Source: Candidatus Bathyarchaeota archaeon
Lineage (GTDB): Archaea; Thermoproteota; Bathyarchaeia; Bathyarchaeales; Bathycorpusculaceae
Length of the DNA stretch: 24,361 bases
NCBI GenBank assembly: GCA_026014845.1
Contig: JAOZHM010000069.1
Span: 1-24,361 of the forward strand
Direction of reading: 5' to 3'
Below the pieces are notes generated by a model that had not been told where the DNA came from, made no database searches, and was given only the letters and a program-made list of their open reading frames with translations. The position numbers and the translations under genes are program-made. Positions 18,161 to 24,361 of the stretch are shown here, piece by piece (position 1 is the stretch's first letter; the number at the start of each line of letters is the position of its first letter).

Positions 18161-18415
18161 TTAAGAAATAATTTTTTTCCTAATCAGATACCATATAAGC
18201 ACTAAACCAGCTACCAAAAGAACAATTCCAGAAGCTATTGAAACAAAATAGTCAATTTTCAGTATGTTTCTAAACAAATAAACCATGTAGGTTGGTCCAG
18301 CAAACGTTAAGAAAGCCGCTAACACTGTTAGTAATGTTTTCCAGAATTTTGAACTCAAATCTAATCTAGCGGATGTTTCTGCTTTTTTCTTAGCCATGCT
18401 TTCACGTTCCGGCAC
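18161..18415 (-). CDS. Small membrane protein with two TM helices
   Basis: Two hydrophobic helices with basic termini. Start is GTG 18415 or ATG 18397. Confidence 0.75.
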   Translation of the reverse strand: MPERESMAKKKAETSARLDLSSKFWKTLLTVLAAFLTFAGPTYMVYLFRNILKIDYFVSIASGIVLLVAGLVLIWYLIRKKIIS

Positions 18416-18449
18416 TTTTTGATAACGCTTTTAAAGTTAGAGTTTTCTC

Positions 18450-19094
18450 TTATAACCCTTCCTTCACTTCGTTACCTAAAGCCTTCATTAAAAACTTGAA
18501 AACTGAAAAGCCTGCTCCACGGTCTGCACTGAAACCACTTGTTGTTCCTAACAGACACAAGCCTTCTAGACCGCGTTCCTTTGCAAGTCCAAGCATTAAG
18601 CCGGTGGCTCCCAAAATTCGACCCTTACTGTAGATTACGGCTCCTTTTTCCATAAATTCTGCGGCAAGTCTAGGCGAAGTGGCAGCTACATAGACTTGAG
18701 CTTTGTCTTCTGACATGGGAACGCCACCTATTGTGATAATAAAATTGCAATCATATTTTTGCAAAAAGTCTAGTATTTCACTGCACAGCTCATAGTGGGC
18801 AACAACATCGTCAAAAGAGGGCTGCGTGTCGCCGGTCATTATCACAAAATCATTTTTCTCCATGGGTGCAGCGTAAAACTCGTACCTTGGTAAGCGGCAA
18901 ATCCCTTTGGAATTAACTGAAAGATAATCTGGAAAAGAGGGTGAATACAACTCCGCGAAAGGTTTTGCACTACAAAACTTTATCAAAAGATAGGCTGCGA
19001 TCTTTCCAACGTTGCCAAAGCTTGGAAGACCCTGTACAAAAATCGGATTTTCAAGAACGGGATTGAATATTTGACGGAAATATGGTTTATCCAT
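18450..19094 (-). CDS. PAC2-family proteasome assembly chaperone-like protein
   Basis: QGLPSFGNVGKIAA, LYSPSFP, GDTQP, ITIGG, ILGATGLMLG, CLLGTTSG...DRGA. Confidence 0.88.
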   Translation of the reverse strand: MDKPYFRQIFNPVLENPIFVQGLPSFGNVGKIAAYLLIKFCSAKPFAELYSPSFPDYLSVNSKGICRLPRYEFYAAPMEKNDFVIMTGDTQPSFDDVVAHYELCSEILDFLQKYDCNFIITIGGVPMSEDKAQVYVAATSPRLAAEFMEKGAVIYSKGRILGATGLMLGLAKERGLEGLCLLGTTSGFSADRGAGFSVFKFLMKALGNEVKEGL

Positions 19095-19177
19095 CTAATC
19101 AGCACCGAAGTCGATAAGTAATGCGTAATACTAAAATGTTTCACTTAAAACTAATATATAGGCTGAGCAGTGTTCAT

Positions 19178-19190
19178 AAGAGATTTAAGA
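19178..19190 (+). promoter_or_regulatory. BRE/TATA-like promoter of tRNA-iMet
   Basis: Purine-rich AAGAGA followed by TTTAAG, about 25-30 nt upstream of the mature tRNA 5' end. Confidence 0.5.
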
Positions 19191-19213
19191 AGGCTTGCGT
19201 TTTAGCATAGAAT

Positions 19214-19292
19214 AGCGGGGTGGGGTAGCCAGGATTAACCCGCTGGGCTCATAACCCAGAAATCAGTAGTTCAAATCTACTCCCCGCTACCA
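19214..19292 (+). tRNA. Initiator tRNA-Met (CAT), intronless, CCA encoded
   Basis: Full cloverleaf: acceptor AGCGGGG/CCCCGCT with A1-U72, D stem GGGT/ACCC (G11-C24), anticodon stem CTGGG/CCCAG with three consecutive G-C pairs, loop CTCATAA, T arm AGTAG-TTCAAAT-CTACT. These are archaeal initiator hallmarks. Confidence 0.97.
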
Positions 19293-19471
19293 CAGTATTT
19301 TAAAAAGGTTTGAAAGATTTCTCTTACATGAAATGTTCTCATTTTTTAGTGAAGAATATGCGTAATTGCTTATCATGAGTGAGGCGGAATCTTGTATTTA
19401 CTCCAAGAACGTTTCGCAAGTGTTCAAGAGGGTGAAGAAAATGGAGTTCATCCGTGTTTCCAAATTGCTTC

Positions 19472-19687
19472 TTAGAGTTTAAGACCGTGTAACGGCTGAT
19501 TAGATTTGTACACAACATCCCCGTTGATTGTCACGCTTTCAGCTTCAAGTAATGATTGCCACAGTTTCGCTTCTACAGTTTTTTGTCGAAGTTTTTCTCT
19601 AACTTCTTTAATTAACTGAATTCTTTCGTGGTTGGATATTTCTAGCAGATTAAGCCTTTTCAACTTCTTCTTATTTCGTGCACCCAT
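19472..19687 (-). CDS. Hypothetical small basic protein
   Basis: ATG with a GAGGG SD and TTTATTAA about 40 nt upstream. No family recognised. Confidence 0.55.
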   Translation of the reverse strand: MGARNKKKLKRLNLLEISNHERIQLIKEVREKLRQKTVEAKLWQSLLEAESVTINGDVVYKSNQPLHGLKL

Positions 19688-20016
19688 TGTTTATGTCCCT
19701 CTAGAGATACATTGTCGCATATCTTAATAAATCAGTTCTTTCAATGCCTGATACATGTCAAAAAACGATGCATAAACGCAGATCAGTTTACTTGGACAGA
19801 AAAATTATAATAATTAATACTTGGACATGCATATTAATAAAAGTGATCTGAACATGCAAATCGACACTATCGAGAATGCTTTGTTCTCAGTAACCGTCAA
19901 CCCCTTACTCAAATTCTTAATAAGCCGTTTCAACAAGGAATGCCCAAGAGATGGCAGTTTACTTCTCATGCATCTACAACAAACCTTTATGGAAAAAATA
20001 GTGAAATGAGGTAGTT

Positions 20017-20304
20017 TTGTTGAAGCTTCTACTTGATGAAATGTACGCAGGCTTGAAAGAGTATTTTGAAATTCTTGGATGGGATGTGTTGACTGCCCAA
20101 GGTGTAGGGTTGCAAGGGGCGAAAGACAAGGGCATCGTGGAATATGCAAAGAATAACAACTTGTTGCTAGTGACTCAAGATCAGAAATCAGCGGACTTGG
20201 CTGATCTCCTAGGAGTCAAACATGTGCTAATCTCCAATGCGATGATTGCTAAAATAGCTGATGTCAAGATAAGAGAAAAATATCCAAACATAAAACAGAA
20301 ATGA
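20017..20304 (+). CDS. DUF5615 / Mut7-C-like PIN-domain protein (putative RNase)
   Basis: KLLLDE, GWDV, AKD..IVEYA and LLVTQD place the acidic PIN residues. GAGGT SD and TTG start. Confidence 0.85.
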   Translation: MLKLLLDEMYAGLKEYFEILGWDVLTAQGVGLQGAKDKGIVEYAKNNNLLLVTQDQKSADLADLLGVKHVLISNAMIAKIADVKIREKYPNIKQK

Positions 20305-20307
20305 CCC

Positions 20308-20332
20308 ACTGCACTAAAATAGTGCTGTTTGA
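20308..20332 (+). terminator. Hairpin followed by a T-run just after the PIN gene
   Basis: ACTGCACTA-AAA-TAGTGCTGT (9-bp stem with one mismatch) followed by TTT. Terminator function is inferred. Confidence 0.4.
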
Positions 20333-20423
20333 ATTGTCCTACTTGCCCAAATTTCAGCAAATTCGTTGATCATGGGCAAAGTTTAATGCTTCTTTCTGTT
20401 CTCTCACGCCTAGTTTAGACGTG

Positions 20424-20621
20424 TTATGCTTTACCTTTTTCTTCTTTGCCGAAATACGTTGTCCATTTAAGTTTACGAGCATCCCTCCTGAGTTTTAGAG
20501 AGCTCTTTCTGCATTTACTTGAACAAAACCATAAAATTGAGCCATCATTTTTAACGTACATCATCCCAGTGCCCAGTGGAAACATGTTGCCGCAAAAAGA
20601 ACATTTCCTAGGCTTCGGCAA
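20424..20621 (-). CDS. rpl24e: 50S ribosomal protein L24e
   Basis: CSFCG...GTGMMYVKNDG...FCSSKC...KLKWT. The GGAGG SD places the start at TTG 20621 rather than 20636. Confidence 0.96.
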   Translation of the reverse strand: MPKPRKCSFCGNMFPLGTGMMYVKNDGSILWFCSSKCRKSSLKLRRDARKLKWTTYFGKEEKGKA

Positions 20622-20654
20622 AGACAATTCCTCCAAACACTCTGGGATTCCATA

Positions 20655-20885
20655 TCATCTTCTAGAGATTTTCTTTGCTTCCCTTTCAGTCTCCCTCAGC
20701 ATTAAAACGTCTTCAACCCGCACTGGCCCTTTCACGTTACGAGTTATGATACGTCCCCTATCCTTTCCTTCTAGGATGCGCACCCTGACCTGTGTAATCT
20801 CGCCAGTCACGCTTGTACGTCCAATGATTTGGATGACCTCTGCTGTTGTGAGCTCTGCTACAACTTTTTTTTCTTCTCTGCTCAT
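20655..20885 (-). CDS. rps28e: 30S ribosomal protein S28e
   Basis: [51 protein letters not shown]. Confidence 0.97.
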   Translation of the reverse strand: MSREEKKVVAELTTAEVIQIIGRTSVTGEITQVRVRILEGKDRGRIITRNVKGPVRVEDVLMLRETEREAKKISRR

Positions 20886-21265
20886 TAACTAGCTCCTCTT
20901 TTCAGCCCTTCAACTCTTGCAATTATCTCCTTAACTAGTCCTTTAGCCTCGCCTTCTTTAACTATGCTAGCTGCGGCTGCAGGGACATCGATGCCTATAG
21001 CGTCGCCTATTTTTTGCTTACTCGGAACAAATATGTATGGAATTTTTCTCTCTTCACACAGCAGTGGCAAATGAGCTACAACTTCAGGTGGGTCAACATC
21101 TTCAGCTATTACCACAAGTTTTGCTTGAGCTCTTTCAATAGCCTTTGTCGTTTCATTTGTGCCTTTCCTAACCACACCTGTTTTTGCGGCTATTTGCAGG
21201 GCTTCATGGGCCGCATCTGCAACTTCTTTCGGAACCTCAAATTTTACGTAAAACGGTTTGGACAT
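20885..21265 (-). CDS. rpl7ae: 50S ribosomal protein L7Ae (K-turn binding)
   Basis: [37 protein letters not shown] 21265 follows the GGTGAGG SD. Confidence 0.97.
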   Translation of the reverse strand: MSKPFYVKFEVPKEVADAAHEALQIAAKTGVVRKGTNETTKAIERAQAKLVVIAEDVDPPEVVAHLPLLCEERKIPYIFVPSKQKIGDAIGIDVPAAAASIVKEGEAKGLVKEIIARVEGLKRGAS

Positions 21266-21422
21266 AAGCCTCACCCTTCAAATGCAGAGTCTTATCAACA
21301 TTTCTTATTTATGAAGCTTTCGACTAAAACCGAAGGAAAAGCTTCTGTCACAAATATCCTTGTAGAAAGGTTTAAATAAAATGTTTTGTTTAACCGTTTG
21401 CTTTTGAGGGGAATCTGAAATT

Positions 21423-21671
21423 TTGCAGAGACTAGGCCGAGTCCTCCACGTGAGTCAAAGTCGGAACATAATAATAACAATTGAGAACCTGCCAAAAATT
21501 GGCGATACGGTTGTGAATGAGAACCTAAAACCCATTGGGAAGATCCTTGATATATTTGGTCCAGTCTCTTCGCCCTACACATCGATAAAACCCAGGATTC
21601 AAGAAATCGACAAATTGACGGATAAAATGTTGTATGTACTTCCCTCAAAGAGCAGAAAGGGGAAAATATGA
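21423..21671 (+). CDS. gar1: H/ACA RNP component Gar1/Naf1 family
   Basis: LGRVLH...PKIGDTVV...IGKILDIFGPVSSPY. Directly upstream of tfb, as is commonly seen in archaea. Confidence 0.88.
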   Translation: MQRLGRVLHVSQSRNIIITIENLPKIGDTVVNENLKPIGKILDIFGPVSSPYTSIKPRIQEIDKLTDKMLYVLPSKSRKGKI

Positions 21672-22640
21672 ATGGGCGACGAGAAAAAAGATGAGAATTC
21701 TGACCCTTTGTTAAGCTCTCAATTGGAACCTGAGAAGATTCAACGCTGTCCAGAATGTGGCAGTACAAGATTTATGCGTGATTATGAGTGTGCCGAAGTG
21801 GTTTGTATGGACTGCGGCTTCGTGATAACCGCAAAAATAGCTGACAGGGGGCCAGAATGGAGAGCTTTTACCAATGAGCAGAGGGCGAAACGGACAAGGG
21901 TTGGTGCTCCATTAACTTATACAATTCACGATAAAGGCTTATCCACAATGATTGATTGGCATGACCGCGATGTTTATGGAAAAAGTCTGTCGCCTGGGCA
22001 GAAGGCGCAAGTCTACCGTCTCAGGAAGTGGCAACGCCGCATAAGGGTTTCAGATGCCACGGAACGCAACCTCGCCTTTGCATTATCTGAAATCACAAAA
22101 ATCGCCAACAACCTAAACCTTCCTAAGAATATCCTCGAGACAGCTTCGGTTATCTATCGAAAAGCCGTTAAGGAACGGTTGATACGTGGGAGATCAATTC
22201 AGGGCGTAACCGCCGCAGCAGTCTATTTGGCTTGTAGGCAATGCAAGCTAGCCAGAACTTTGGAAGAAATTGCCCAAGCGTCGAATGTAAACAAAAAAGA
22301 GGTTGGTCGCAGCTATCGTTTCTTAGTCAAAGAACTTGACTATTTCGTTCCACCTGTAAAGCCAAGCCAGTACATAACAAAATTTTCAAATCAGTTAACA
22401 ATGCAGGGGAAAGTTGAGGAAATAGCGCATAAAATTTTGGCAACCGCAAAAGAGTTAAAGCTAACTTCGGGTCGTGGTCCCACAGGTATAGCGGCAGCTG
22501 CGAGCTATATAGCTTCTGTGTTGACTGGTGAGAGGAAAACGCAAAGAGAGATAGCTGAAATAGCACAGGTAACTGAAGTTACTATCCGAAACCGTTACAA
22601 GGAACTCGTAGAACGTCTGATGTTCCAGATAAGCCTCTAA
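21672..22640 (+). CDS. tfb: Transcription initiation factor IIB
   Basis: Zn ribbon CPECG...CMDCG, B-reader GPEWRAF, two cyclin repeats ([15 protein letters not shown]), C-terminal [16 protein letters not shown]. Confidence 0.98.
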   Translation: MGDEKKDENSDPLLSSQLEPEKIQRCPECGSTRFMRDYECAEVVCMDCGFVITAKIADRGPEWRAFTNEQRAKRTRVGAPLTYTIHDKGLSTMIDWHDRDVYGKSLSPGQKAQVYRLRKWQRRIRVSDATERNLAFALSEITKIANNLNLPKNILETASVIYRKAVKERLIRGRSIQGVTAAAVYLACRQCKLARTLEEIAQASNVNKKEVGRSYRFLVKELDYFVPPVKPSQYITKFSNQLTMQGKVEEIAHKILATAKELKLTSGRGPTGIAAAASYIASVLTGERKTQREIAEIAQVTEVTIRNRYKELVERLMFQISL

Positions 22641-22689
22641 AATCCCCAATTTTTCTGGATTTTTCGTTTTTTCACTTTGGCAAGCGGTT

Positions 22690-22983
22690 TTAAAGAAGAC
22701 CTTCATCCTCGTAACTAGAGCGTTCTTCGACCGGCTTATTTTCTTCGTTCAATCGTGCTGATGTGACGTCTCCAAGTTGTTGAAGAAATTCTTGCGGAAT
22801 TCTATCCTTTAAGGCTTTAATGTCATCTCTCAATTTATTAACTTCGCCTTCTAGCTCCTTTGCTCTTTCGGTTAATTCTACAACATCTTCAAGCTTCTTC
22901 TTCTCCTCCAAAAGCGTGCTTTTCTCCTTTTCTAAAGTGTTTATTTTTTCCTCGAGTTTGGTTTTCATCTCGACAACTTGCAC
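22690..22983 (-). CDS. Small coiled-coil protein with an acidic tail
   Basis: AGGTGA SD before GTG 22983. Heptad pattern LEEKINTLEKEKSTLLEE...LEGEVNKLRDDIKALKD. Confidence 0.75.
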   Translation of the reverse strand: MQVVEMKTKLEEKINTLEKEKSTLLEEKKKLEDVVELTERAKELEGEVNKLRDDIKALKDRIPQEFLQQLGDVTSARLNEENKPVEERSSYEDEGLL

Positions 22984-23100
22984 AACTCTTCACCTGCACT
23001 AATTTCTGTTATACTCACAATTAATAATTTGCCCTTGAACCGTAGGCGTTGCAAAACACATTTTAGACTCTATGGTGATAATTATAGAAGGGGCTATAAT

Positions 23101-23532
23101 TTGGTTGAATGTCCAAAGTGTGGAACAGAAGTAATTACCCCAGTTAAGACATGGTCTATTCCTTCTCGAAGAGCGGCGAGAAGAGGCGAAGAAAGCAAAC
23201 TTGTTATGGGAATATTTGAATGTCCGAATTGCCAAGCTAGGTTTAGAGCAGCTGTGACAGCCGAAACCAAAGCTGAGGAAACAGTAAGTGTTAAAAATAT
23301 GGTTAAGAGAATTAAAGGTATAAAGGGGGAACTTATGCAGACTCTCAAGAATCTTCGTGGAAAAATAAAAACCTTGGAGACAGAACGTGCAAATTTGATG
23401 ATTGAAATTGAAAAATTGAAGAAAATGGCAGAATCAAAGGTTAGCGCGCTTGAAGGTGAAGTAAGCATGTTGCGGGAGGAAGTGACATCCTTAAGGGACC
23501 TTCTAGGTTACACAGAAGAAGCAGAAAAATAA
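23101..23532 (+). CDS. Cren7-like (Zn-ribbon variant) domain fused to a C-terminal coiled coil
   Basis: VECPKCG...PVKTWSIP...MGIFECPNCQARFRA resembles Cren7 (PEKVWALAP...KIGLFKDP...YFRH). About 65 aa of heptads follow. Start is taken as TTG 23101, because the ORF-track start 22978 overlaps the divergent gene. Confidence 0.7.
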   Translation: MVECPKCGTEVITPVKTWSIPSRRAARRGEESKLVMGIFECPNCQARFRAAVTAETKAEETVSVKNMVKRIKGIKGELMQTLKNLRGKIKTLETERANLMIEIEKLKKMAESKVSALEGEVSMLREEVTSLRDLLGYTEEAEK

Positions 23533-23571
23533 ATAGCAGTTAACCTACTATGCCTATTTCAGACCTAAAAT

Positions 23572-23976
23572 TTAGTCTTTCAAGTATTTCTTGTAATACT
23601 CTTGAGCCTTGGCTACCGCTTTTTTCGGGTTTTTCAAAATATGATACTTTGTCTCTGGTGAAATTTTCTCACTTTTGCTAAAGTATTCTATAACCTTTTT
23701 TGCATCTCCTTCGTAAATCGCTAAGCCTCCGGCTATTTCATACCACATCCTTGCCCTTACAAGATCCTTGGCTTTTTCACGTTTTTTTGCCTCTTTAGCA
23801 GCAGTACCTATTGAAACATCGATTTTTGTAGGGTCAAGAAACATCGTGTTAGACAACGCTTCATAGGTTTCTTGGTCTCGTCCGCAAATTTGTTCAAGTT
23901 CTGTCAGCGATTTTTCTGATTCAACTTGTATTTTTTGTTCTTTCTCTTTTCTTTTAAATCTGTCAAGTAAACCCAA
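23572..23976 (-). CDS. Hypothetical all-helical protein
   Basis: 134 aa, TTG start with a GAGGGG SD. No family recognised. Confidence 0.7.
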   Translation of the reverse strand: MGLLDRFKRKEKEQKIQVESEKSLTELEQICGRDQETYEALSNTMFLDPTKIDVSIGTAAKEAKKREKAKDLVRARMWYEIAGGLAIYEGDAKKVIEYFSKSEKISPETKYHILKNPKKAVAKAQEYYKKYLKD

Positions 23977-24056
23977 ACTGAAGCCCCTCTTAAGTTTTGA
24001 TGCGTCTTAATATTGCAATAGTTAATTTTAAAGGTTTGTTTTGTTTATTAGTAGTT

Positions 24057-24361
24057 ATGCCATATAAATTCACCTTTGACCTTTCAAAGATTCCGCGTTT
24101 CTTCTTTAAAGAAATTGCCAAAGCTAGTTATCAAAAAGGTATGCATAAAAAAGTCAGTAGAACTGTTCATGAAGTTATAAGAAGGTTTAAGATCCAAGAG
24201 GCGACGGGCCTCAACTTTTCCGACGCCGTTCTTCTTCTTGAAGATTTTGTGGAAATACAGGCTAGAAATCTTTTAGAAAGGGATAGGTTTGTGCAGACAA
24301 GAAAGAGAGCGCTTTTTCTGCCGCATTGTTCTAGGAAATACATGGATAGTCGTTGCAAGGC
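24057..24361 (+). CDS. DUF116-family protein, N-terminal part (3'-truncated; absent from the ORF track)
   Basis: Manual translation from ATG 24057 is open to the window edge: MPYKFTFDLSKIPR...RKRALFLPHCSRKYMDSRCK. The LPHC.R...C motif is typical of DUF116. Confidence 0.8.
   Translation, partial: MPYKFTFDLSKIPRFFFKEIAKASYQKGMHKKVSRTVHEVIRRFKIQEATGLNFSDAVLLLEDFVEIQARNLLERDRFVQTRKRALFLPHCSRKYMDSRCK

Noticed and set aside
19375-19482. 35-codon ORF MSEAESCIYSKNVSQVFKRVKK...
   Set aside because: It is very short, has no clear SD or family match, and overlaps the end of the opposite-strand gene.
20343-20379. Box C/D-like K-turn in the rpl24e 3' region (AUGAUCA ... CUGA)
   Set aside because: Box C reads UGAUCA, which gives a C-C mismatch, and the stem register does not fit a K-turn. 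Kept only as a plain hairpin.
19214-20423. Integrated mobile element at tRNA-iMet
   Set aside because: No integrase and no duplicate of the tRNA 3' end was found in the window.
19814-24358. Shadow ORFs 19814-20159, 20446-20892, 21014-21379, 21295-21768, 22327-22706, 22820-23468 and 24167-24358
   Set aside because: They overlap or are antisense to the PIN, ribosomal protein, gar1, tfb, Cren7-like and DUF116 genes.
1-24361. CRISPR array, rRNA, SRP RNA, RNase P RNA, transposase
   Set aside because: No regularly spaced repeats or signature sequences were seen on manual reading. A covariance-model scan would be needed to exclude divergent ncRNAs.

Overview
Core-chromosome segment of an archaeon, most consistent with Bathyarchaeia/TACK. 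This placement is inferred from gene content and protein style, not from a database search. It holds about 35 protein genes and one intronless initiator tRNA-Met. Housekeeping blocks are the cdc48 3' end, a small winged-helix gene, geranylgeranyl reductase, pth2 and truD; SAM synthetase; a GPN GTPase; a CinA-like protein; two tandem radical SAM genes; PAC2; rpl7ae-rps28e-rpl24e; and gar1-tfb. Small accessory patches include a RelBE-type toxin-antitoxin pair, a tRNA-adjacent islet with an orphan PIN gene, and two membrane-anchored surface proteins. No CRISPR array, rRNA, transposase or integrase was seen. The best candidate for an undescribed system is next to tfb: a zinc-type Cren7-like domain fused to a coiled coil, head-to-head with a gene encoding only a similar coiled coil. 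Other leads are a PC4-like 87-aa protein, an HTH-CBS/DHH/DDAH operon apparently sharing a TATA element with SAM synthetase, and a hairpin over the rpl7ae ribosome-binding site. All family assignments come from manual motif recognition.
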